This document shows positions 31,904 through 46,885 of a stretch of DNA of 64,000 nucleotides, one piece after another. Source of the DNA: the human T2T-CHM13v2.0 reference genome, Homo sapiens; the NCBI RefSeq assembly GCF_009914755.1, contig NC_060930.1; one strand, written 5' to 3'. Every line of letters begins with the position of its first letter. Within the stretch, counting starts at the first letter, position 1. The notes beneath the pieces were generated by a model. The model saw nothing but the letters and a program-made list of their open reading frames with translations, had not been told where the DNA came from and did not search any database. A program made the translations under genes and the position numbers.

Positions 31904-32208
31904 GGCTGGGCACAGTGGCTCACGCTTGTAATCCCAGCATTTTGGGAGGCTGAGGCAGGTGGATCCCTTGAGCTCTGGAGTTCAAGACCAGCCTGGACAA
32001 CATGGCAAAACCCCATCTCTACAAAAAATACAAATATTAGCCAGGTATGGTGGTGTGTGCCTGTGGTCCCAGCTACTTGGGAGGCTGAGGTGGGAGGCTT
32101 GAGCCCAGGAGGCAGAGGCTGCAGTGAGCCAAGATTGCACCACTGCATTCCAGCCTGAGTGATAGAGCCAGACCTTGTCTCAAAAAAAAAAAAAAAGAAA
32201 AGAAAAAA
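31904..32208 (+). mobile_element. AluJb-like
   Basis: Full dimer. Confidence 0.88.
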
Positions 32209-32249
32209 GCTGTTAACATTGTTTCACATAGTAAAAATACACATTTTGG

Positions 32250-34189
32250 CAGATGACATAATCCTCTATCTAGAAAACCCCATCACCTCAGCCCAAAACC
32301 TTCTTAAGCTGATAAGCAACTTCAGCAAAGTCACAGGATACAAAATCAATGTGCAAAAATCACTAGCATTCCTATACATCAACAACAGGCAAATAGCCAA
32401 ATCATGAATGAATTCCCATTCACAATTGCTACAAAAAGAATAAAATATCTAGGAATATAGCTAAGGATGGAAGAAAAGGACCTCTTCAAGGAGGCCTAAA
32501 ACCACTGCTCAAAGAAATCAGAGAGGACACAAAAAAATGGAAAAACATTCCATGCTCTTGAATCGGAAGAATTAATATCATGAGAATGGCCATATTGCTC
32601 AAAGTAACTTATGGATTCAATGCTATTCTCATTAAACTACCATTGACATTCTTCACAGAATTAGAAAAAACTATTTTAAAATTCATATGGAACCAAAAAA
32701 GAGCCCAAATAGCCAAGACAATCCTAAGCAAAAAGAACAAAGCTGGAGACATTATGTTACCCAACTTCAAACTATACTACAAGGCTACAGTAACCAAAAT
32801 GTCATGGTACTGGTACAAGAACAGACACATAGACCAATGGAAGAGAAAAGAGATCTCAGAAATAAGACCACACACCTACATCCATCTGATCTTCGACAAA
32901 CCTGACAAAAACAAGCAATGGAGAAAGAATTCCCTATTCAATAAATGGTGCTGAAATAACTGGCTAGCCATATGCAGAAGACTGAAACTGGACCTCTTCC
33001 TTACACCTTATACAAAAATTAACTTAATATAGATTGAAGACTTAAATGTAAAACCCAAAACCATAAAAACCCTAGAAGAAAATCTAGGCAATACCATTCA
33101 GGACATAGTCACAGGCAAAGATTTCATGACGGAAATGCCAAAAGTAATTGCAACAAAAGCAAAAATTGACTAGTGGGATCTGACTAAACTAAAGAGCTTC
33201 TGCACACCAAAAGAAACTATCATCAGAGTGAATAGAAAATCTACAGAATGAGAGAAAATTTCTGCAATCTATCCATCTGACAAAGGTCTAATATCCAGAG
33301 TCTACAAGGAACTTAAACAAATTTACAAGAAAAAAACAAACAAGCCCATTAAAAAGTAGACAAAGAACATGAATAAACACTTCTCAAAAGAAGATGTACA
33401 TGTGGCCAAAAAACATATGGGGAAAAAAAGCTCAAAATCACAGATTATTAGAGACATGCAAATCAAAACCACAATGAGATACCATCTCACGCCAGTCAGA
33501 ATGGCCATTAATAAAAAGGCAAAAAAACAACACATATTGGTGAAGTTGCTGAGAAAAAGGAACACTTTTACACTGTTGGTGGGAATGTAAATTAGTTCAA
33601 CCATTGTGGAAAACAGTGTAGCAATGCCTCAAAGACCTAGAGGCAGAAATACCATTTGACCCAGCAATCCCATTACTGGGTATGTACCCAAAGGAATAGA
33701 AATCATTCTATTATAAAGATACATGCACACATATGTTCATTGCAGCACTATTCACAGTAGCAAACACATGGAATCAACCTAAATGCCCATCAATGATAGA
33801 CTGGATAAAGAAAATGTGGTCCATATACACCATGGAATACTAGGCACCCATAAGAAGGAAGGAGATCACGTCCTTTGTAGGGATATGGATGGAGTTGGAA
33901 GCTGTTATCCTCAGCAAACTAATGCAGAAAGAGACAACCAAATACAACATGTTCTCAGTGAGAGCTGAATGATGAGAACACATGGACACATGGGGGCTAA
34001 CAACACACACTGGGGCCTGTCAGAGGAGGGTGGTTGGGGGAGGGGGAGCATCAGGAAGACTAGCTAATGGATGCTGGGCTGAATACTTATGTGATGGGTT
34101 GATCTGTGCAGCAAACCACCATGGTACACATTTACCTATGTAACAAACCTGCACATCCTGTACGTGCACCCCTGAACTTAAAAGTTGAA
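32250..34189 (+). mobile_element. 5'-truncated L1PA (older primate LINE-1): disrupted ORF2 from the RT domain through the 3'UTR
   Basis: Frames give [46 protein letters not shown] with stops and frameshifts; 17-bp TSD aaaaatacacattttgg (32233-32249, 34190-34206). Confidence 0.95.
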
Positions 34190-34417
34190 AAAAATACACA
34201 TTTTGGTTAAAGAACAAGTCAAACTAAATTAGAACAAATTCTAAAGCGTGGCTGATGAACACTAGGCTTGCCCAGTGCTCTGTCAAAAAAGGGATCCTTG
34301 GCCAATCAACTGGGAAATACTGCTTATTAAATTTCTCCTAAATAAAAAATATTCCCCACCTTGGAGATTTACAACACCTGTTAACGTATTAGCAGCCCTA
34401 AGAAGTTCTTCAATGGA

Positions 34418-34566
34418 GGCCAGGCATAGTGGCTCACACCTGTAATCCCAGCAGTTTGGGAGGCTAAGACAGGCAGATGACTTCAGCCCAAGAGTTCAAG
34501 ACCAGCCTCGGCAACATAGCAAGACCCCAAATCTATTTTCTAAAAAGAAAATTAAAAAAAAAAAAA
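34418..34566 (+). mobile_element. FLAM_C-like Alu monomer
   Basis: Left arm plus tail. Confidence 0.8.
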
Positions 34567-35089
34567 TGTTAAGGAAATCCTTCAATGGAGAACTTTTTTT
34601 GCTTAACTTTTTAATCTTTCTCTCTCTCCTCTTTCTCTCCTCTCTCTGCCTCAAGTGTGTCCTTTGACTTCATTTGAGACTCTCTTCAGGCCTAGTGTAC
34701 TCGTTTCTAAAATGTAAGAGCTCAGACCAGATGAAGTCAATGGTTCCTATTCTACTTTATCATTCCAGGTTCCCGGTCTCACTTTAGAAAAATTAAGCAA
34801 TTGAAGCATTCGATGTTATTGCTTTGAAACCCAGCCAAATAAATAATCATCAGCTATTACTGAACTTCAAAGTATTCTGTATGATTGATTAATGTCATAT
34901 GAAGTGATACTCAAATCACTGGTGCATTCATGAATACCAAGAAAAAAATTTATATCTTTTTTCAAAGCAACTTAGTATAAATCTTAAAAGATGGCAGAAA
35001 AAAATAATCGCAGTCAAAAAGGTGTTAGTTCAGACTCTAATGTTTCCAGGACACAGGAAAAAAAGTTTTTAAATTACATTTTAAAAATC

Positions 35090-35210
35090 TGCCACGTGCA
35101 GTGGCTCATGTCTGTCATCCCAGCCCTTTGGGAGGTCGACGGGGGAGAATCACTTGAGGCCAGGAGTTTGAAACCTGCTTGGGCAACATGGCAAGACCCT
35201 GTCTCTAAGA
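35090..35210 (+). mobile_element. Alu left monomer
   Basis: cagtggctcatgtctgtcatcccagc...gaccctgtctct. Confidence 0.75.
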
Positions 35211-35273
35211 ATTTTTTTTTTAATCAGCTGAGAGTAATATTTTTAGGTAACTATTCACAAGAACAGCTATGTC

Positions 35274-35612
35274 AGCCAGGCACAATGGCTTACACTTGTA
35301 ATATCAACATTTTGGGAGGCTGAAGCAGGAAGATCACTTGAGCTCAGGAGTTTGAGATCAGCCTGGGCAACAAAGTGAGACTCTGCCTCTACAAAAAATA
35401 AAAAAAATTAGCCAGGTGTGGTGGCACATGCCTGTAGTCCCAGCTACTCAGGAGGCCGAGGTGGGAGGATCACTTGAGCCCAGGAGGCTGCAGTGAGCCA
35501 TGACCGCACCACTGCCCTCCAGCCTGAGTGACAGAGCCAGACCCTGTTGCAAGAAAAAGAAAAAAAAAGAAAGAAAGAGAGAGAGAGAAAGAAAAAGAAA
35601 GAAAGAAAGAAA
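35274..35612 (+). mobile_element. AluJ with (GAAA)n tail
   Basis: Dimer. Confidence 0.87.
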
Positions 35613-36282
35613 GATCTAAAAACTAAAAAAAAAACAGTTTTGTTATGAATTCCTAGATTCGTCATGCAAAAAAGAAAGTGAAATTTTTTTTTTCACCAAT
35701 TCTCTACTCATTTTCCTCGCAAACAGCTCGGCACTAGCTTAGTGGCGAATTCACATGCTTCCAAAAAGTGAGAGAGCAAATTAGAAAAGACTGGATCACC
35801 TGACATCAGGAAATGCTCATCTGAGCTCAAATCAGGAGAGTCTTTGTTTTGAATCTTTGTTTTTCTTCAGCAAACTCCAAAGTACTTCCCAGCCCCACTC
35901 TGGCCTCCGTGCTGTCCAAACTTCTTACTAGTTTGTAGCTAACCTGAAGCTGCCATCTGAGAAAATACAGCACAACCTACCTCCGTCCCAAGGAGCACTC
36001 TCTCAGTCTCATGGCAAGAAGAAAGTGAGAAGACTACATGTGGGCTTAGAACAACTGAAATTCACTATTACCCACCAGATTACTTCCTTATAAGGATAAT
36101 CTTCTCGGATAGAGCACAGCAATGACCAACAACAACAAATGCAAAATCCAATTTAAAAAAACAACACATATAGGACAAAAGAGATCCAATTCAGTACACT
36201 CCCCTGAAAGAAAATGGGGTGGGAAACAACTTTCCTTTTAACAGAATACCAGCAGGAGCAACGGGACTTCTACAATTATAGC

Positions 36283-36284
<2 letters not shown>

Positions 36285-36313
<29 letters not shown>

Positions 36314-36584
36314 GACAGGATCTCTCTCTGTCACCCAGGGTGGAGTGCAGTGGCACAATCATAGCTCACTATATAGCCTCAACCTCCTGGACTCAAGCAA
36401 TTCTCCCACCTCGGTCCCCCGAGTAGCTGAGAACACAGACATCCAGCTAATTTTTTTTATGATCGGTAGAGATAAGGTCTTACTATGTTGCCCAGGCTGG
36501 TCTAAGTCCTGGGCTCAAGCGATCCACCCGCCTCACCTCCCAAAGTGCTGGGATTACAGCCATGACCTCCACGTCTGGCCAGCC
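36285..36584 (-). mobile_element. AluJ
   Basis: Antisense dimer, TSD agcctct. Confidence 0.85.
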
Positions 36585-36982
36585 TCTCTTTCAACTAATG
36601 CTCTGCCTAAGGAAGTTGTCTTATATGCAAATTTAAAACCAATCCAAGCATTTTCTCTTACAGCACCCCTCACAAGTATGTTCAGCTGTGGAACTGGGCC
36701 TTCCTAAGTTCTGATTCTGTCTTGAATTTATCAGGACACCTTACTTCCAATCTTTCAAGAGGCAAAATAGTCTGGCTTAGTGGTTGACACAGCATTTTCT
36801 ACAGCCTACTGTCAAAGGCAAAACCTTAACAAAGGAATTCTTTCCTTCCGTATTTAAAAATGTTGGAGGAGGTAGCTAGGCAGACATGAGCAGGGCAGGA
36901 GAGGGCTCCTTCCTACCCCAGGGATGTCAGACAACTGTCAAGTGATAGTCAGGCAGTTGTTAGTCTCTCTAAAATAATAATT

Positions 36983-37235
36983 CAGGAGGCCGAGGCGGGT
37001 GGATCACTTGAGATCAGGAGTTTGAGACCAGGCTGGCCAACGTGGCAAAACCCCGTCTCTACTAAAAATACAAAAATTAACCAGGTATGGTGGCATGTGC
37101 CTGAAGTCCCAGCTACTCAGGAGACTGAAGCAGGAGAATTCCTTGAACCCGGGAAGTGGAGGCTGCAGTAAGCTGAGGGTCACACTGCTGCACTCCAGCT
37201 GGGGCGATAGAGTGAGACTCTAAAAATAAATAAAT
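36983..37235 (+). mobile_element. 5'-truncated AluS
   Basis: Starts at ggaggccgaggcgggtggatcac. Confidence 0.87.
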
Positions 37236-37246
37236 AATTGAGAATT

Positions 37247-37331
37247 TGAGAGAGAAAGAAAGAAAGAAAAGAAAAGAAGAAGAAGAAGGGAGGAAGGGAG
37301 GAAGGGGAAGGAAAGAGAAAGAAAGAAAGGA

Positions 37332-37393
<62 letters not shown>

Positions 37394-37473
37394 AAAAGAA
37401 AGAGAGAGAGAGAAAGAAAGAGAACGAAAGAAAGAAAGGAAAAGAAAGAAAGGGGAAGGAAGAAAAGAAAGAA
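37247..37473. repeat. Polypurine (GAAA/GA/GGAA)n tract
   Basis: About 225 bp almost purely A/G. Confidence 0.95.
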
Positions 37474-39144
37474 ACTTAAAAAAAGAGCAGTTTTATGACT
37501 TCAATAAATGGAAGAAATAATAATATAATAATTTGTTGCAGTCAGTACCAAGGAAAGGCAGTATCCCAATAGATAGAAAACACCCGAAGCTGGTGATCAG
37601 CAGCTTCCCAATAAGATCCCAGGCATTGGAGAGTAGGCTCAAGCATGTGCACTAAGAGGCAAAATGGCAGAGTTTAAGCTGGTATATGACCTTCCTTGAG
37701 GAACACTCGACTCAACAAAAATCCTCAAATGAGCATTCATACAGCTCTACTAAACACATATGCATGCAGCCCCTCCCAAGTGCTGAAAGGCCACTGTGGG
37801 TGAGGACAGCCCACCCCAAGGAAAAAATCAAGGGAGGAGAGACACAAACCCCAGAACCATGACAGTGCAGAAGACCCCCAGTCAAAGGTCTGATAGGGCA
37901 CTTGGTTTTCTCAAGCTGCTCCCTTGGCCCTCTTCCAAGTTTACATCCTTTCATTACTGCTCTGAAACTTTTTAATAAACTTTCACTCCTGTTCTAAAAC
38001 TTGCCTCAGTCTCTCACTCTCACTCTCCCTTATGCCCCTCAGCCAAATTCTTTCCTCTGAGGAGGCAAGAATCGGTTGCTACAGACAACCGATTTGTTGC
38101 CACTGCTAACAAAAAGTGCAATTCTCACCAATGAAACTCCGCCATAATTTTTATTAAGTCACATGCAGAACAAATGCAACTGAAATATCAGGGATCATGA
38201 TATTTTTATACTTCTCTCCTTGCACAGCATCTGACCTGTTGATAACTGTTTTTTTGTGTGTGAGTGGTTTTTTTTTTTTTTTTACTGTTTTTTTAGAGAT
38301 AGGGTCATGCTATGTTGCCCAGGCTGGTCTCAAAGTCTGCCAGGATTACAGGCATAAACCACTGTACCCGGCCCATGTTGATAACTTTTTATGATACAAA
38401 TTCATCTTCTGGTGAAAACCAGTGAATGACAAATACTTACCTGGTAGTTTAAGTCTATATGTGAAGATGCTATGTTTCAAGAATCAAGTTTTATGTGATT
38501 TTTGTGTTTAAAAACTTTCAATTAAAAAATCTTGAAAACTGAAGAGATTCTCTCCTTCATCACATAAAACTGGGGATTCCAGCATTTTATACAGGTTCTG
38601 CTTGAATTCCTACATCTCCTATGCTAATTAAGAGTGCTCTCTCCCTGTCCCATCTGTGCAGACTTCTAAATCACTAGAGAGATCACCAGGTAGAATGTCA
38701 GCACAGCTATCCTCCAAGCCTAAGATTAGTTGTCACTTAGTGAATGAGGCTCAAGAGAGCAATAGAGACTGAGTCAGGCACTCTGTTGTAAAATAGGCAC
38801 ATTACAAGGTCAGAGAAAGCTGTCAGTAAAAATATGTGTGATTGGAAGGGCCTCAAAATGCCTTACAACAGCTTGATGCTCATCTGAGCTTGAAGCAGGC
38901 CTGATGGAAACGCTAAGGGGATCTTGGTCAGAGAGAATCGAAAAACAATTGATCTAACGGAAAACCCAGCATTTTTTACCCCCAATTTACTCCTGCCTTC
39001 TGGAAACTTTAGAAGCTTAGCCTTGTCTCTCATCTTAGGCTCCCAACGCTAGATTAACTTCATTTCCTGATGGTCTTCAGGGTGTTACTGGAACTGAAGT
39101 CTTGAGTTGGATCTTCAAACAAGCCAATTCATTTAGTTGTTTTT

Positions 39145-39530
39145 TGTGATGATTAATACTGAGTGTCAACTTGATTGGATTGAAGGATGCAAAATATTGA
39201 TCCTGGGTGTGTCTGTGAGGGTGTTGCCAAAGGAGATTAACAATTGAGTCAGTGAGCTGGGGAAGGCAGATCCACTCTTAATCTCGGTGGGTACCATCCA
39301 ATCAGCTGCCAGCAAATATAGCAGGCAGACAAATATGAAAAGGCAAGACTGGCTTAGCCTCCCAGCCTACACCTTTCTCCTATGCTGGATGCTTCCTGCC
39401 CCTGAACATCAGACTCCAAGTTTCTTCAGTTTTCGGACTCAAACTGGCTCTCCTAGCTCCTCAGCTTCAGACAGCCTATTGTGGGACCTTGTGATCGTGG
39501 GAGTTAATATACTTAATAAATTCCCCTTTA
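39145..39530 (+). mobile_element. ERVL LTR (MLT2A1-like), 3' end missing
   Basis: tgtgatgattaatactgagtgtcaacttgattggattgaaggatgc...acttaataaattccccttta. Confidence 0.87.
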
Positions 39531-39811
39531 TATATACATATATATATACACACACACACATATATATACACATATATATGTATACAAGTATACATATATA
39601 CGTACATATGTATACAAGTATACATGTATACATATATGTGTATATGTGTGTATATGTATATATGTGTATATATAGTGCGTTTGTGTATATATGTGTGTAT
39701 GTATATATGTGTATGTATATATATGTGTATGTATATATGTGTATATATGTATGTGTGTATATGTGTATATATGTATATATATGTGTGTGTGTAAATATAT
39801 ATATACATATT
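39526..39811. repeat. Compound (TA)/(CA)/(TG) microsatellite
   Basis: Direct reading. Confidence 0.95.
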
Positions 39812-40026
39812 TACCATGACTCACACATTTCTTTAGTCACAGACTGCCCCTCCACCCTAATATCTCATACAACATGCAAGGGCTTAACAGAAATGAGTAT
39901 TAGGAGAGAGAAATAAATAAATAAAGTATATCCACCATCTTCATGTACAACGGATAGCACTTCATTATAGAGAAAGACACAGAAATGAGAAAAGCTGAAA
40001 CAATCTTCAAAAACACATGGCGTAGC

Positions 40027-40760
40027 TTCATTATTGGGCAGCTAACATTTAGAGGTCTAGATCAGGCATTTATCAGCCCACAGTTATGGGGTAGATGGGT
40101 CAGATAGTTTGGCAATCCCAGTTCACCCTTAGTTGGAAGCATCTGACTGTCTAACTCATACATCAGTGTTAGTAACTCATAACAATTTAAAGACCTTCTC
40201 TTTTCAAACATATGCTCATTTTAACCCAGATATAACAGCATAAAGAGTCTAGCAGTAAAAAGTCTAGGCTGTGAACAGTTATCACTAACAAGATGGACAC
40301 ATTTGGAAAGCCACCGAAACTCTTTGGCTCTCAGTTCCCTATCCATAAAGTGGAAGGGTTACAGTACATGAAGTCAAAATTTCTTCTAGCTAAAGTATGT
40401 TTGGTATCTATGACTCTATAAAGAAAGCCTAACTATAAGGCATCAAAGGCAAGTGAGTAAGGTTCTCCCAACCCACCCAAGTGCAAGGCTAAGGATACAT
40501 GCCCCATGGGATGACCCAGGCTGGGAGGCACGAAGGAGCAGAAGATCAATAGACTTGAATTCAAACTTTACCTAGATGATAAATCAACAGAGACAACTTA
40601 TTGATGAAGGTCAGGCAACAGAATGCTCTAGAGTGGGGAAACCTTACATAAGAGACCTAAAGTTCAAGCCTCAGCTTAGCCATTGACTAGTAGAATGGCC
40701 TTGGACAGGCCACTTAACTCTTCTGAGCCACAGTTTCCCCAATGGGTGTATTACTATCTG
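40027..40760 (+). repeat. Inverted local duplication, left arm (inferred donor; unique DNA plus MIR remnants)
   Basis: Reverse complement of 43909-44641; about 27 substitutions and 1 indel by manual alignment. Confidence 0.97.
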
Positions 40761-40790
40761 CTCCACATATAGACAACTCAGTATTTGTAT

Positions 40791-43110
<2,320 letters not shown>

Positions 43111-43883
43111 TATCAAGAAAAAAGAAAAAATGTGCACAAACATACTCAATAAATTATAAAACAGCCAGAGCTCAGAAGTTCTATGCGAATAGGCATTTGT
43201 AATTTAGAAGGAGATTTCCTTCTCAAAATAGAGCAAAAGCGGAAAGAAAAAGGCTAGAAAAAGACTTTTGAGAAAACAGCTTCCTACTTTCCCATTCTTT
43301 AGATATAGACACTGAGTGTGAATTTAAGAAACTTCTCTAGTCTTTCCAAGAGAAAGAGGTACCGCCTTTCCATGGAAATGTCTGAATAATAAAAAGGTTG
43401 CTAAACCTGAATCTTTGTCACACTTACTCAAAGCCCCAGACCATGCAATGACATTCAGATAAGCAAAAGAATCTCTGAGTCTCTCTTTTATACCAGGAGA
43501 CAAGACACAAGTTACAGGGTAGGCAAAGAGGCCAGGCCTCAGCAGCTGAATTAGCCAATGTATGTGAGTTATTATGAAAAAAGAGGCACAGCAACGAGGA
43601 AAGAGATTTGGCCACAGTCAAATTTCCGTTATTTGTGGGGTAGAAAGGGGAGGGGGGAGGAACCAGGTTGGCTAGGAAGAAAAGTGTTAAGAAACAAAGC
43701 TATTTTCACCTAAGGGCAAATGTATGAACTCAGTGCTATATAATGTGAGAAGAAAACTAGCTCTGAGCAGTCTAAGCTTTGTGGTGTATGCAAAAGTGAT
43801 CAGGCCCAGGAAGACTCGAGTAGAGGACTTCAGTGACATATCCATACCACCCTTACCCTGGGGCACTTGTTTAAAGTCACTTT

Positions 43884-44935
43884 GGACCATGGTTCCTGCC
43901 TGTAATCCCAGACAGTAATACGCCCATTGGGGAAACTGTGGCTCAGAAGAGTTAAGTGGCCTGTCCAAAGCCATCCTACTAGTCAATGGCTAAGCTGAGG
44001 CTTGAACTTTAGGTCCCTTATGTAAGGTTTCCCCACTCTAGAACATTCTATTGCTTGACTTTCATCAATAAGTTGTCTCTGTTGATTTATCATCTAGGTA
44101 AAGTTTGAATTCAAGTCTATTGATCTTCTGCTCCTTCATGCCTCCCAGCCTGGGTCATCACATGGGGCATGTATTCTTAGCCTTGCACTTGGGTGGGTTG
44201 GGAGAACCTTATCACTTGCCTTTGATGCCTTATAGCTAGGCTTTCTTTATAGAGTCATAGATACCAAACATACTTTAGCTAGAAGAAATTTTGACCTCAT
44301 GTACTCTAACCCTGCCACTTTATGGATAGGGAACTGAGAGCCAAAGAGTTTCGGTGATTTTCCAAATGTGTCCATCTTGTTAGTGACAACTGTTCACAGC
44401 CTAGACTTTTTACTGCTAGACTCTTTATGCTGTTATATCTGGGTTAAAATGAGCATATGTTTGAAAAGAGAAGGTCTTTAAATTGTTATGAGTTACTAAC
44501 ACTGATGTATGAGTTAGACAGTCAGATGCTTCTAACTAAGGGTGAATTGCGATTGCCAAACTATCTGACCCATCTACCTCATAACTGTGGGCTGATAAAC
44601 GTCTGATCTAGACCTCTAAATGTTAACTGCCCAATAACGAAAATCCTAGTATTTTCAGAGGCCAAGGTAGAGAATCACTCTAGAACCCAGGAGTTTGAGA
44701 CTGGCCTGGGCAACATGATGAAAACTTGTCTCCAAAAAACATACAAAAAATTAGCCAGGCATGGTAAAGCACACCTGTGGTCCCAGCTACTCAGGAGGCT
44801 GAGACAGGAGGATCGCTTGAGCCCGGGAGGTGGAGGTTGCAGTGAGCTGAGACTTCAGTGAGCCAAGACTGCAACACTGCACTCCAGCCCGAGTGACACA
44901 GCAAAACCCTGCCTCTAAAAAAATAAGAAAAATAA
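43884..44935 (+). mobile_element. AluJ interrupted by the 733-bp inverted copy
   Basis: 5' piece tgcctgtaatcccag (to 43911), remainder from aatcctag (44642); TSD aaa(g/a)tcactttg at both outer ends. Confidence 0.85.
43909..44641 (-). repeat. Inverted local duplication, right arm (inferred inserted copy)
   Basis: About 96% identical reverse complement of 40027-40760. Confidence 0.97.
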
Positions 44936-45374
44936 AATCACTTTGTTCCTGCCTAGCTGCCTCACCCGTTATCTTCATGCACAAAAAACAACATACAGCC
45001 CATGAATAGCTTGTTATTTCAATGTAAATTATTGGTAAACAATTTAGGAACTGCCTCTTCTTTTTTCCTTTAAAAACCCACCTGTAACTGCTGCTAATCA
45101 GGGTGTATATTCAGGGCAACTTGAATCTGTGCTCCTCGGTGGCCATTCTCAAGATTTAGGTTCAAATAAACTCTATACTTGATCATATTTTCTGAATCTC
45201 ATTATTTAATTTTGACCAATATAATTACATAAAAGTGTGTTAACCCCTAAATGAGAGAGGAGAGGAGCCTAATCATTTTTTAAAAATTAAATTCAACCAA
45301 GTTCATTTGGTTCAATCAACTGTCCATGAATTCTCAAAATAGTGTAAGAACAGCAAGAGTACATTGAGTAATAA

Positions 45375-45875
45375 TTTATTTTATTTACTTACTTTTATCT
45401 TTTTTTAATCTTTAATTTTTTTTTTTTTTTTAATTTAGAGATAGCGTCTTGCTATATTGCCCAAGCTGGCCTCAAACTCCAGGCCTCAAGCATTGCTCCC
45501 GTCCAAAGTGGTGAGTGGTGGGATTACAGGCATGAGCCATTATGCCTGGCGTTTTTTGTTTGTTTGTTTGTTTGTTTGTTTGTCTTTTGAGAGGTTCTCG
45601 CTCTGTTACCCAGACTGTAGTGCAGTGGTGCAATCGCAGCTCACTGCAGTCTCAAACTCCTGGGATCAAGTGATTCTTCCACCTCAGCCTCCCCAGTAGC
45701 TGGGACTACAAGCGCACACCACCACCACATCCAGCTAATTTTAAAAAATATTTTTGTAGAGATGGGGTCTCACTATGTATAACCCAGGCTCGTCTGGAAC
45801 ACTTGGGCTCAAGCGAGCCACCCCCCTCACCTCCCAAAGTGCTGGGATTACAGGCATGAGCCGCCGCTCCTGGCC
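45375..45875 (-). mobile_element. Tandem antisense FLAM (to 45550) and AluJ (45552-45875)
   Basis: Alu bodies with T-rich and (TTTG)n tails. Confidence 0.83.
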
Positions 45876-46213
45876 AAGTGATAATTTAATTTCAAGCATG
45901 TTCAAGTTGTAAATAACGTCAGTAATGGGAGTGGGGGAAACCTGCTAGCAAGAGGAAACTGAGTGGGGATCCAGAGTTAGATCAAGGCTGGAAAGATGGG
46001 TGCTCAACATATTGCAGAGTAGCAGCTGAAGATACTTGAGGCTAGGGAACTTCCCGAAAGAGTCTCTAGAGTGAACCCCGAAAATTTGAGGCGGGTCTCA
46101 GTTAATTTAGAAAGGTTATTTTGCCAAGGTTGAGGATGCGCGCCCGTGACACAGCCTTAGGAAGTCTTGACGACATGTGCCCAAGGTGGTCAGGGCACAG
46201 CTTGGTTTTATAG

Positions 46214-46558
<345 letters not shown>

Positions 46559-46586
46559 TGAGACATCAATTAAAATATGTAAGAAG

Positions 46587-46885
46587 GGCCAGGCGCGGTG
46601 ACTCACGCCTGTAATCCCAGCACTTTGGGAGGCCGAGGTGGGCGGATTACCTGAGGTTGGGAGTTCGAGATCAGCCTGATCAACATGGAGAAACCCTGTC
46701 TCTACTAAAAACACAAAATTAGCCAGGCGTGGTGGCACATACCTGTAATCCCAGCTACTCAAGAGGGTGAGGCAGGAGAATCGCTTGAACCCAGGAGGCA
46801 GAGGTTGCGGTGAGCAAAGATCATGCCATTGCACTCAGCCTGGGCAACAAGAGCAAAACTCCGTCTCAAAAAAAAAAAAAAAGAA
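46587..46885 (+). mobile_element. AluSp-like, followed by a (TA/TG)n tail expansion
   Basis: Sp diagnostics; TSD atatgtaagaag. Confidence 0.9.

Larger units (their letters stand above)
36861..38111 (+). mobile_element. ERV1 solo LTR (MER50-like), interrupted at 36983-37524
   Basis: tgttggaggaggtagctaggcagacatgagcagggcaggagaggg...aataaactttcactcc...gctaaca; TSD aaaa. Confidence 0.8.
43744..45215 (+). mobile_element. ERV1 LTR (MER72-like), split by an AluJ
   Basis: Continuity across the Alu TSD; aataaactct near the 3' end; subfamily and 5' boundary tentative. Confidence 0.6.

Noticed and set aside
32250-34189. Active or domesticated reverse transcriptase
   Set aside because: Truncated at the catalytic ADD motif, with multiple stops and frameshifts and no promoter or ORF1.
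38433-38444. U1 snRNA pseudogene (atacttacctgg)
   Set aside because: The match stops after 12 nt (no cagggg agatacc continuation); better read as a minus-strand donor or chance.
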